Source: an uncultured Chloroflexia bacterium
GTDB lineage: Bacteria > Chloroflexota > Anaerolineae > Anaerolineales > UBA4823
NCBI GenBank assembly: GCA_963822175.1
Contig: CAWGGJ010000003.1
Location: 198,802 to 262,801 of the forward strand
Direction of reading: 5' to 3'
Length of the DNA: 64,000 nucleotides
How positions within the stretch are numbered: the first letter of the stretch is position 1; each line of letters begins with the position of its first letter. Both the position numbers and the translations under genes were made by a program. This document shows positions 29,382 to 37,468 of this stretch, piece by piece. The notes under the pieces were generated by a model. That model did not search any database, had not been told where the DNA came from, and saw only the letters and a program-made list of their open reading frames with translations.

Positions 29382-29823
29382 TCCATCGCTTCCAGATGGC
29401 CTGATTCTCCGCGATTTTGAATTCCCTAAAGATTATATCGAGGTGATCAACCTTTGGGAAAATGCCGGTCCGGGCATTCAACTCCGCCGATCCGATGAGA
29501 AGGAAGAGATCGCTAAAAAGCTGCAGCGTGATCCTGACTTGTTCCTGGTAGCCGAAACCGGAGGGCGTATCATCGGATCAGTATTGGGAGGTTACGACGG
29601 TCGTCGTGGTCTGGTGTATCACCTCGCGGTAGAAAACTCCTATCGTAATCAAGGGATTGGCGCAGCCCTAATGACCGAGCTCGAAAAACGGATGAAGCAA
29701 AAAGGATGCATCCGCACCTACCTCTTGGTCACCCACGAGAATACCGAGGCGGCTCGATTCTACGAAACACATGGATGGGAACAGATGGACCTCTTTATCT
29801 ATGCCAAGAATCTGGAATCATGA
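29371..29823 (+). CDS. GNAT-family N-acetyltransferase
   Basis: Acetyl-CoA motif A: LAVENSYRNQGIGAALMTELEKRMKQKG. Start set at the ATG 29371 (an 11-nt overlap with the upstream gene). Confidence 0.75.
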   Translation: MRNDPSLPDGLILRDFEFPKDYIEVINLWENAGPGIQLRRSDEKEEIAKKLQRDPDLFLVAETGGRIIGSVLGGYDGRRGLVYHLAVENSYRNQGIGAALMTELEKRMKQKGCIRTYLLVTHENTEAARFYETHGWEQMDLFIYAKNLES

Positions 29824-29840
29824 ACAGTAATCAATAGACC

Positions 29841-30344
29841 ATGACTATACGCATAGGAATTATCACCGTATCTGACCGTTCAGCTCGCGGAGAGCGTTTG
29901 GATGAATCGGGACCAACCTTAGAAAACGCCATCATACAGCAAGGCTGGTTAGTTATCCGGACAACGATACTACCCGATGATGTAGCACAACTTATCTCCA
30001 CGCTGATTGAGTGGTCAGATGGGGGTGAAATGGATGTTATCCTTACCACCGGTGGCACTGGATTTAGCCCGCGCGACATTACCCCTGAAGCCACACAAGC
30101 AGTGATTCAGCGTTCCGCTCCAGGCATGGCTGAAGCCATGCGCCTTGCCAGTTTGCGCATCACCCCACACGCCATGCTTTCGCGTGCCATTGCTGGAATC
30201 CGTTCTAAGACTCTGATCCTTAATCTTCCCGGTAGCCCCAAGGGAGCACTGGAAAATCTCGCTGTGGTGTTGCCGGTTCTGCCACATGCGGTTCAGTTGC
30301 TCAACGAAGACCCCTCCGCTGAGGCCGGGCATCACCAGATTTGA
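29841..30344 (+). CDS. mogA: Molybdopterin adenylyltransferase (MogA/MoaB family)
   Basis: IGIITVSDR...DVILTTGGTGFSPRDITPEAT...LPGSPKG, the canonical MoCF-biosynthesis domain. Confidence 0.85.
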   Translation: MTIRIGIITVSDRSARGERLDESGPTLENAIIQQGWLVIRTTILPDDVAQLISTLIEWSDGGEMDVILTTGGTGFSPRDITPEATQAVIQRSAPGMAEAMRLASLRITPHAMLSRAIAGIRSKTLILNLPGSPKGALENLAVVLPVLPHAVQLLNEDPSAEAGHHQI

Positions 30345-30395
30345 TTGGGGTATAATTTCAGCCACAAAGACAACGATAAACTTTTGGAGGTATGA

Positions 30396-30992
30396 GTGGA
30401 TTTTTGGCATGCTGACTTGGTTCCCGACGAGCTGCCCGAAGAACAAAAAGCAAGCTGGCGGCGTACGCTCCTGGATACCCTCGAGACAATCTTATTATCC
30501 CTGGTTCTGTTTTTGGCTATCAATGCGATCTCAGAACGTATTCGGGTTGAATCAATCAGCATGCAGCCAACCCTGTATCCGGGTGATTATGTCATCGTAA
30601 ACAAGTTGGCTTATCGCTTCGATAAAAATCCCAGCCGCGGCGATGTGATTGTTTTTCGCTATCCACCTAACCCGGAAGCCATCCCTTACATTAAGCGTAT
30701 CATCGGACTTCCTGGGGATCAGATCCACATCGCTGATGGCAAAATATATATCAATGGTCAATTATTGCTTGAATCCTACCTTACTGTGACAACAAACCGT
30801 GGAGGCGATTGGAGTGTGCCTCCAGGTCAATTGTTTGTCATGGGTGATAATCGCAATAACTCTTCCGACTCCCGCACCTGGGGTTTCGTTCCATATGAAA
30901 ATATCATTGGACGAGCCGAGGTGATCTACTTACCCCCCCAACACTGGGCATTTCTTCATCAAAACATAGCGGTTGCTTCACCTGAGCCATAA
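30396..30992 (+). CDS. lepB: Signal peptidase I
   Basis: Membrane helix followed by the catalytic Ser box SMQPTL, the Lys box YIKRIIGLPGD, and GDNRNNSSDSR. Confidence 0.9.
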   Translation: MDFWHADLVPDELPEEQKASWRRTLLDTLETILLSLVLFLAINAISERIRVESISMQPTLYPGDYVIVNKLAYRFDKNPSRGDVIVFRYPPNPEAIPYIKRIIGLPGDQIHIADGKIYINGQLLLESYLTVTTNRGGDWSVPPGQLFVMGDNRNNSSDSRTWGFVPYENIIGRAEVIYLPPQHWAFLHQNIAVASPEP

Positions 30993-31037
30993 TTTAACTG
31001 GAAGTGGGATCTTATTCTGGTTTCATTATTGCAACCT

Positions 31038-31064
31038 ATGTAACAAAATGTTGGGATTCTCGTT
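31038..31064 (+). promoter_or_regulatory. ECF-type promoter upstream of the sigma gene
   Basis: ATGTAACAA...CGTT: AAC (31042-31044), 16 nt, CGT (31061-31063). The same motif with the same spacing recurs at 32486-32512. Confidence 0.45.
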
Positions 31065-31079
31065 CATTAAGGTGAATGC

Positions 31080-31637
31080 ATGCCAGGCAGGCTTGACGAA
31101 GATCATGAGCTGATTAAAAAAGCCCAACGAGGTGATATCGATGCCTTTGGTGATCTATACGAAAGCCATGCACCGGTTGTTTTCCGTTATCTTTATTCCC
31201 ACCTGGATAGCCGGATGGATGCTGAAGATTTAACGGGTGAGGTTTTTTTAAAGGCCTGGCAATCCTTACCAAGATATATCGAGCGCGGTGTGCCCTTCCT
31301 GGCGTTCCTTTTCCGGATTGCTCGCAATGTTCTTGTTGATCACTTCCGTCAAAATAACCGGCTGGAGTCAAAAGATCCGGATGAGATGGATGGATATAAA
31401 GCAGAAAACTTCGCTGAACCGGTTGATTTGGTTGGAAGTCAAATGGAACACCAGAGGATCGTAAATGTGTTGGATAAGTTGCGCCCCGACTACCAATCCG
31501 TCCTTACCCTGCGGTTCATCAGTGAGCTCTCACCTGAGGAAATTGGTCGGGTGATGAATCGCTCAGTTGGCGCTGTTCGGGTTTTACAACACCGTGCATT
31601 GGCAGCATTACGGGAAGAAATGGAAAAGCAAAGTTAA
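31080..31637 (+). CDS. ECF (group 4) RNA polymerase sigma factor
   Basis: Region 2 (FGDLYESHAPVVFRYLYSH...DAEDLTGEVFLKAW) and region 4 (LRFISELSPEEIGRVMNRSVGAVRVLQHRAL). Confidence 0.9.
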   Translation: MPGRLDEDHELIKKAQRGDIDAFGDLYESHAPVVFRYLYSHLDSRMDAEDLTGEVFLKAWQSLPRYIERGVPFLAFLFRIARNVLVDHFRQNNRLESKDPDEMDGYKAENFAEPVDLVGSQMEHQRIVNVLDKLRPDYQSVLTLRFISELSPEEIGRVMNRSVGAVRVLQHRALAALREEMEKQS

Positions 31638-31639
31638 TT

Positions 31640-32404
31640 ATGAAGATTGAACGACAGATTGACCAGATCATCCAGGATGCCCTGCCCGCCATCACAAGTG
31701 GAAATGAAACCCTTGAATCGGTGGTTGCCAGGCATCCTCAGATCGCAGCGGAGCTTCAACCCAGGCTTGAAGCTGCCATCTGGTTGCAAGGGTCCAGGTT
31801 TGCCATGGCTACCAGGCCAGGATATATCCACGATTCACGAAAGGTTCTGGAAGCAACAATAAAGTCCCTGCAACCGATCGGTTTTTGGCACCGCCTTTCG
31901 AGGCTCTATTCGCCCCAGCGCTGGGTCTTTAACTTTGCTTCTGCAATAATTGTGGTGCTTCTCCTTTCTCTGGTGATCAATAGTTCGATCTTGACTGCCC
32001 GATTATCCATCCCTGGCGATCCTTTATTTTCTACAAAGCTGGTCATTGAGGATCTTCAGTTAGCATTTACGCGTGATCCAGTTGAGAAAGCCAATCTGCA
32101 CGCTCAGTTTTCGCGTGAACGGGCTCTCGAATTTATCGAACTGGTTATGGAAGGAGAATATGATTACCTACCCTCCGCGGCATACCGCATGGAAGCCGAG
32201 ATCATTGGTTCCTTGCATGCCTTGAATAATATCCCAACCGATGATGCATCGGCCGGGGCGGCACTGACCGTGAATTTGCGGGATGTTTTATCCAATGAAA
32301 TTTCCATGTTAATTCTGCTAAAAGAAACCTCTCCAAGCTATGCCTACCCAGGGATTGACCTGGCGATCCAGGTGGCTCAGGCAGGTGAATTAGCACTAAG
32401 ATGA
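31640..32404 (+). CDS. Probable cognate anti-sigma factor (single-pass membrane protein)
   Basis: Starts 2 nt after the sigma gene stop. One membrane helix (FASAIIVVLLLSLVINSSIL) separates a ~95-aa cytoplasmic part from an extracytoplasmic helical domain. Confidence 0.55.
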   Translation: MKIERQIDQIIQDALPAITSGNETLESVVARHPQIAAELQPRLEAAIWLQGSRFAMATRPGYIHDSRKVLEATIKSLQPIGFWHRLSRLYSPQRWVFNFASAIIVVLLLSLVINSSILTARLSIPGDPLFSTKLVIEDLQLAFTRDPVEKANLHAQFSRERALEFIELVMEGEYDYLPSAAYRMEAEIIGSLHALNNIPTDDASAGAALTVNLRDVLSNEISMLILLKETSPSYAYPGIDLAIQVAQAGELALR

Positions 32405-32485
32405 TTTTTTTTGTTAGGTTATGGTTCGCCTATCACAATTGATAGTTATTTTTAATGGTATAGGTTGTATGATTATAAGGAATCG

Positions 32486-32512
32486 ATGTAACAACGGGCT
32501 TTCATATCCGTT
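32486..32512 (+). promoter_or_regulatory. ECF-type promoter upstream of the TadE/TadG-like genes
   Basis: ATGTAACAA...CGTT: AAC (32490-32492), 16 nt, CGT (32509-32511). Identical core and spacing to the promoter at 31038-31064. Confidence 0.45.
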
Positions 32513-32608
32513 AATCAGATTAGTAAATAATACGAACTATTAATTGCATGACTGATATAATATGTAAATTAAAATTGTCTGCATTGCACCATCCTGGAGA
32601 AAGCGTTT

Positions 32609-33826
32609 ATGAGTAAATTAAAGAACATCTTCAGTCGGAAGAATAAGGAACATGCCCAGACCATGGTTGAGTTTGCCCTGGTTTTCCCATTTATATTATT
32701 AATTACTTATGGGATCATCGAGTTTGGGCGGATGGTCTTTATCTATACCGCGGTGACTGGTGCCGCTCGTGAAGGTGCCAGGTATGGAGCAGCTGCAGGA
32801 GATCTGGGTAATAACCTTACCCGTTATTACATGGACTGTACTGGAATATTGAACGCAGTGCAGCGGGGTGCCATCCTTACCCCGATCAATTCCAATGATG
32901 TGACGATCTGGTACGACCATGGTCCCGATACGAATCATATTAAAAATACCTGTCCCCCAGAAGATGCGAATGGCAAGGATTTGATAAACATCGGGGACCG
33001 CATCGGGGTACATGTTGTTGCCCACTTCTCACCGATCATCCCAATTCTCGGCGTGGATGGTTTTGACATTAACTCGGAAAATGCCCGCACCATCCTGGTC
33101 AATGTGGATGTGGTTGGCACACCCATGCCTCCCATGCCCACCAACACCCTCACCCGCACACCCGGACCTTCCCCTACCAGAACCCCTAACTATACTCCCA
33201 CAATATCTCCGACATCGACTCAATCCGGCACACCGACCCATACCCCAACTGTTACCCAGACCTGGGATCCGACCCAAACACCCACCATCACTCCCACACC
33301 GGCATGTATCATCAACAACGATGGCATGACCATTGGTTATGACTTCTTCGAATGGACATTAACCAGCCGAAGTACGGCGTTGGTTCGTTTGCAGGTTGCC
33401 GGCATCACCTGGCCTGGCTATCAATTGAATCCATTGGCTATCTCACCTGCACCTGGTGGCGGAAATATTTTAGCGAAAACTGACACACCGACTCCAACTT
33501 CCACAATTACCCCAACTGCCGCACCAACGTCGACTGCCTCAGTGACACCAACCATCACCCCTACCCCCGTTCCATCGGATAATCTTATTCAGGTCGATAT
33601 CGGTGTAAATGCTGTCTGGCAAGGGAACCAGCCACCCACCTCCTGGTCTACGGGCAGCTGGACTGGTGATCAATCCCGGAGAGAGCTTAGTCCAGGTGGC
33701 TCGCATACCCTCACATTCTCATTCTCGGACTATTTACCGACCGGAGATTATGCTGGTACATTGACCTACGTGAATGTGACGACCGGGCAAACTTGCAGCG
33801 TATCATTTTCGGAATATAAGCCATAA
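32609..33826 (+). CDS. TadE-like pseudopilin with two Pro/Thr-rich linkers and extra C-terminal domains
   Basis: TadE N-terminal signature AQTMVEFALVFPFILLITYGIIEFGRMVF. PT-rich tracts at roughly aa 172-232 and 292-322 (PTxTPT repeats). Confidence 0.75.
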   Translation: MSKLKNIFSRKNKEHAQTMVEFALVFPFILLITYGIIEFGRMVFIYTAVTGAAREGARYGAAAGDLGNNLTRYYMDCTGILNAVQRGAILTPINSNDVTIWYDHGPDTNHIKNTCPPEDANGKDLINIGDRIGVHVVAHFSPIIPILGVDGFDINSENARTILVNVDVVGTPMPPMPTNTLTRTPGPSPTRTPNYTPTISPTSTQSGTPTHTPTVTQTWDPTQTPTITPTPACIINNDGMTIGYDFFEWTLTSRSTALVRLQVAGITWPGYQLNPLAISPAPGGGNILAKTDTPTPTSTITPTAAPTSTASVTPTITPTPVPSDNLIQVDIGVNAVWQGNQPPTSWSTGSWTGDQSRRELSPGGSHTLTFSFSDYLPTGDYAGTLTYVNVTTGQTCSVSFSEYKP

Positions 33827-33837
33827 CGGAGCGTATT

Positions 33838-34272
33838 ATGGTTCATGATAAAAAATTAGAAGACAAAGAGCGCGGTCAAAGCATGGTCGAGCTGGCCCTG
33901 ACAATCACCATCCTAATGGTCCTCTTGGCTGGCACAATCGATATGGGTCGAGCTTTCTTCACCTGGCTGGCACTGCGTGATGCTGCTCAGGAAGGTGCTT
34001 CCTTCGGTTCCATCTATCCTTCCTACACAAATTTAATCAGATTACGGGTATGGGATAACCTGGAGCAGGTCGTTCCAGATCCAAAAACTGATGTTAATGT
34101 TACGGTCGGATATATCGACCATCCATGTCTTGGGAATACAATTTTGGTTAGCGTAGACTACCCAAATTTTCCTCTCACCATGCCCTTTCTGGGTACGATA
34201 CTTGGCTCACAAACCCTCAACATTCACGCCAGTGTGAATGACTCAATCCTGAAGCCAATTTCTTGTCCATAG
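33838..34272 (+). CDS. TadE/TadF-like pseudopilin
   Basis: RGQSMVELALTITILMVLLAGTIDMGRAFF, the TadE-family N-terminus. Confidence 0.75.
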   Translation: MVHDKKLEDKERGQSMVELALTITILMVLLAGTIDMGRAFFTWLALRDAAQEGASFGSIYPSYTNLIRLRVWDNLEQVVPDPKTDVNVTVGYIDHPCLGNTILVSVDYPNFPLTMPFLGTILGSQTLNIHASVNDSILKPISCP

Positions 34273-34296
34273 CAATGGTTTATTAAGGAGGCTATT

Positions 34297-35544
34297 ATGG
34301 TTATTAAGAATAACTCTGAAAAAGGTCAGGCGATTATTTATCTGGTCATCGGGTTTGTTGTCTTTCTCGGTTTTGTTGCTCTGGCAGTCGATGGTGGCAT
34401 GGCCCTCGCTGATCGTCGTCACTCACAGAATGCTGCTGATGCTGCTTCTTTAGCAGGCGGCGCGGAAGCTGCCCTGACCCTGGAGCAATGGGGAATAGAC
34501 TATAAAAACTGGAATTGTAATCCTAATTATCAGGCCCTGGCAAATGCCGAGAACACCGCGATCAGCCGGGCTGGAGCTAACAACTTTCCAATTGACGGCA
34601 ATCCTGACGATCACAATGGAGTGGTTGCTGATTGCGGTGTCACCTATTACCCCTGGTGGGGCGATAAAGGGGATGTCTATATCGATGTGACTGTGGATAT
34701 CTCAGCGACCACGCCCAGTAATTTCTTGCATATCCTTTACCCTGGAGTATTGCATAACGAGGTGGATGCCGTCACCCGTGTTCGACCTCGCCAGCCGATT
34801 GCCTTCGGAAATGCCATCGTGGCATTGAACCCGGAAAGTTGCTTGGGGCACCAGAACGGTGGGATTATGTACGGTAACGAGGATATCGAACTCCATGGTG
34901 GCGGTGTATTTTCCAATGGTTGCCTGCGGGGTAACGGAAATGGAGATGTTGATATCTATGATGGGCTGCCTTTGGGGAATGAACTGGACCCCGGTAATAT
35001 TGATTGGAATCCACCCCCAGAACCAGTTGATTTTCAAATTCCCGATGCAACCTATGCTGTGCCTCTCCCGAACTGCGCCGGTCATTGGGTTGATGAACTG
35101 GATGAGATGCCGACCTTGTTAAACGGGCTGTATTGCCTCAATGGAGACTTAAAGATCAATGCCAATGAGGTGTATTCAAGTACGATGGATGGGATCACGA
35201 TTTTCGTACCCAATGGGAGTGTAAGTATCAATGGTACCGCAAAACTGACCATCACTGCTCCCCCTTCTGACTCTCATCCTGACCCTGCCATTCCAGGGGT
35301 TCTGCTCTACCTGCCTCCTTCTAATCCAAGACCCGTGCAAATCAATGGAACATCGGATTCTGTATTCACGGGTTTGATCCTTGCTCCACGCTCTGAAATC
35401 GAGCTGAACGGCACGGGTGGCAATTCCTATGTCGGGCAGGTGGTCGGTTGGAATGTGCTCGTGGGAGGTACTGCTGACCTGTATCTCGTTTATAATCCGG
35501 ATGATGTATATAATACCCCCACCTCGATCGAGCTGGCAAAATAA
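34297..35544 (+). CDS. TadG-like protein (Flp-pilus-assembly TadG N-terminal domain)
   Basis: KGQAIIYLVIGFVVFLGFVALAVDGGMALADRRHSQNAADAASLAG matches the TadG-type N-terminus. Confidence 0.75.
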   Translation: MVIKNNSEKGQAIIYLVIGFVVFLGFVALAVDGGMALADRRHSQNAADAASLAGGAEAALTLEQWGIDYKNWNCNPNYQALANAENTAISRAGANNFPIDGNPDDHNGVVADCGVTYYPWWGDKGDVYIDVTVDISATTPSNFLHILYPGVLHNEVDAVTRVRPRQPIAFGNAIVALNPESCLGHQNGGIMYGNEDIELHGGGVFSNGCLRGNGNGDVDIYDGLPLGNELDPGNIDWNPPPEPVDFQIPDATYAVPLPNCAGHWVDELDEMPTLLNGLYCLNGDLKINANEVYSSTMDGITIFVPNGSVSINGTAKLTITAPPSDSHPDPAIPGVLLYLPPSNPRPVQINGTSDSVFTGLILAPRSEIELNGTGGNSYVGQVVGWNVLVGGTADLYLVYNPDDVYNTPTSIELAK

Positions 35545-35654
35545 GATTCAAATCACCCAATAAACGCCGGGCGGTAAATGTGAACTGAACCCCTAAAACA
35601 AGACAGAAAAAGAAAGCACCTCGTGCGAAAATAAAAGCAGGAGGTGCTTTTTAT

Positions 35655-36002
35655 ATGGCTGGGAAACACGGAATGCGACATTACAGCAAGGAAACCAAAC
35701 TACTCGCTGTGCAGATGTACCTCGAACTAGGAAAGAGTCAGGCACAAATAGCACAAGAGTTGGGTTTACCGCGGAAAGAGCTGGTTGAGCAATGGGTACA
35801 TCGTTATCGTCACGAAGGGGAAATCGGCTTCTGTAAGCCGATTGGCAGACCGCGAAAATCCCCACAGTCTCAGCAAGCCTATATTGCTCGACTAGAAATG
35901 GAAAATGCTCTGCTAAAAAAATACCACACCGAGTTGCGCAAAGCTATGCTCGCGAGGCGCGATATCGGGTTATTGAACACTACCGAGGAGTATACCCCGT
36001 GA
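35655..36002 (+). CDS. IS3 transposase OrfA (helix-turn-helix plus leucine zipper)
   Basis: [30 protein letters not shown]... and the coiled segment [15 protein letters not shown]. Confidence 0.85.
   Translation: MAGKHGMRHYSKETKLLAVQMYLELGKSQAQIAQELGLPRKELVEQWVHRYRHEGEIGFCKPIGRPRKSPQSQQAYIARLEMENALLKKYHTELRKAMLARRDIGLLNTTEEYTP
35915..35921 (+). promoter_or_regulatory. Programmed -1 ribosomal frameshift heptamer A_AAA_AAA
   Basis: Seven A read as CTA AAA AAA TAC in the orfA frame. The -1 (orfB) frame is open from 35837 onward. The fusion reads ...[49 protein letters not shown]. Confidence 0.6.
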
Positions 36003-36808
36003 ATGGGATGTGTAACTTCTTTGGGATCTCGCGAGCTGCCTACTATGCTTGGTGTCAGCGTATCAACCGGCCCGATCCAGACCGTGAACGCAAGCACTAT
36101 GTCTTAGAAGCATATCAGGCATCCCGAAAGAGGTATGGTTATCGACGTATCAGCTTGTGGTTGCGGAAGAAACGGTCAGTAATTATCAACCATAAGGCAG
36201 TGCTGCGGCTCATGAACCGCCTAGGCATTCATTCGGTTGCCCGTCAGCGCAAACCATTCCAGAAAATGAGCCGATTACCCATCTATCACCGCTACGAAAA
36301 TGTATTGCTTCGCAATTTCAACGCCAGCCGACCGAACCAAAAGTGGGTCACCGACATTACCTATGTGGCCACAGGACAGGGATTCGCATATCTGGCGGTG
36401 ATCAAGGACCTGTTTGACGGTTTCATTGTTGCCCACAAGCTCAGCCAGGACAATTCAGTTGCCCTGGTGACCCATACCCTCCAGCAGGCCTTTCAGAAAG
36501 AAATGGCCACTGATGGATTGATCCTCCACAGTGACCAAGGACATCAATACACCTCACACGCGTATCACGTCCTGACTCAACAGTATAACATCATCCCTTC
36601 CATGTCACGAAGGGGTAACTGTTGGGATAATGCGCCTATGGAGAACTTCTTTAGTCATCTCAAAGAAGAAGCGCTCCGTCATATTAATATCACCTCTTTT
36701 GAGGAGGCCAAGAATGTAGTTGACGAATATATTAACTTTTTCAATTATGAACGGTTACAATTGAAAACAAAACAGACACCCTACGAAGTAAGGTGTCTGT
36801 CCAGTTGA
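35999..36808 (+). CDS. IS3 transposase OrfB (DDE/rve integrase core), probably expressed as an OrfAB fusion
   Basis: [10 protein letters not shown] (first D), [10 protein letters not shown] (second D), [18 protein letters not shown] (E). Lies in the -1 frame relative to orfA. Confidence 0.85.
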   Translation: MNGMCNFFGISRAAYYAWCQRINRPDPDRERKHYVLEAYQASRKRYGYRRISLWLRKKRSVIINHKAVLRLMNRLGIHSVARQRKPFQKMSRLPIYHRYENVLLRNFNASRPNQKWVTDITYVATGQGFAYLAVIKDLFDGFIVAHKLSQDNSVALVTHTLQQAFQKEMATDGLILHSDQGHQYTSHAYHVLTQQYNIIPSMSRRGNCWDNAPMENFFSHLKEEALRHINITSFEEAKNVVDEYINFFNYERLQLKTKQTPYEVRCLSS

Positions 36809-36880
36809 GATAGAGGCCGCTTTCTTTTTTTGTCTACATTATAGGGTGCACTTCAATGATACCGCCCGTTTTTATTTTTA

Positions 36881-36993
36881 GCACGCTCCGGGCAAGCTAC
36901 CCGGCGGCACCCGGAATATCCTCCTTACTGCTGCTTCTTCTCAGACCTGACAGGGTTCAAAGGGTTCCGCCGCGCCGGACCCACCCGGAGCGC
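36881..36993 (-). ncRNA. ffs: Signal recognition particle RNA (small, 4.5S type)
   Basis: The minus strand reads ...CCCUGUCAGGUCU-GAGA-AGAAGCAGCAGUAAGG..., matching the universal domain IV CAGGUCAGGUCC-GGAA-GGAAGCAGCCAAGG. A GNRA tetraloop and compensatory closing pairs are present. A closing helix GCGCUCCGGG / CCCGGAGCGU and an internal CCGGCG / CGCCGG helix give a ~113-nt hairpin. Confidence 0.8.
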
Positions 36994-37022
36994 AGCAAGC
37001 ATACCTCATCAATTCCCCTGTG

Positions 37023-37334
37023 TCAATGTTTTGATTTCCACCTCGGGCTGATCAATACGCCCCCGATGATGATCAATACCAATATGCTCCCCCCAAAAAC
37101 CAGCAGGGCATTGTTCCCGACAGGTGGCAGCTCCCGGGGTTCCGGTGTCTCTGTTAATTGTTGAGTTGGGGTAGCAGATTGAATCGGTGACTGGGTTGCC
37201 AGCTGGTATTTACCAAATTCCCTTTCATCGCTGAGCCCTAGATTATTCATCGCATGTGCAACCTGCGTGAAACTGGCCATAACCATCACGCCTGCCATCA
37301 AGACCATCACCCAGAGTATTTGCTTATTTTTCAT
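37023..37334 (-). CDS. Small secreted protein with a C-terminal anchor / sorting-signal-like tail
   Basis: Signal peptide MKNKQILWVMVLMAGVMVMASFTQVAHA. The C-terminus reads ETPEPRELPPVG-NNALLVFGGSILVLIIIGGVLIS-PRWKSKH: a motif, then a hydrophobic helix, then a basic tail. Confidence 0.5.
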   Translation of the reverse strand: MKNKQILWVMVLMAGVMVMASFTQVAHAMNNLGLSDEREFGKYQLATQSPIQSATPTQQLTETPEPRELPPVGNNALLVFGGSILVLIIIGGVLISPRWKSKH

Positions 37335-37468
37335 CGAGCTATCTCAAATCCTCGAGAAATTGTTTCTTTCGATTAGTTTATCACATCACAGCCGGCAAAT
37401 AAAGAAAAAACCCACCGAAAATTACAGCGGGTGGATTTTACCTGGTTATGGGAAGGGTTTTCCATCGA

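Larger units (their letters stand above)
35581..36855 (+). mobile_element. IS3-family insertion sequence (1275 bp), apparently intact
   Basis: Terminal inverted repeats starting with TGAA, 28/37 identical (35581-35617 versus the reverse complement of 36819-36855). 3-bp direct repeat ATG at 35578-35580 and 36856-36858. orfA and orfB lie in the 0/-1 frame arrangement. Confidence 0.85.

Noticed and set aside
33120-33570. Short periodic ACNCCNAC repeats, considered as a tandem repeat or CRISPR-like array
   Set aside because: They are in frame within the TadE-like CDS and encode Pro/Thr linkers. There is no repeat-spacer organisation. No CRISPR array is present anywhere in the window.
36856-37164. 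102-aa plus-strand ORF after the IS3 element
   Set aside because: It overlaps the SRP RNA gene in antisense and also the small secreted-protein gene. Its Pro/Arg/Ser-rich composition is explained by the GC-rich structured RNA.
37395-37440. Possible terminator after the candidate selenoprotein gene (CCACC ... GGTGG followed by GTTTTTT on the minus strand)
   Set aside because: The stem is only 5 bp with a 13-nt loop. This is plausible but too weak to report as a feature.
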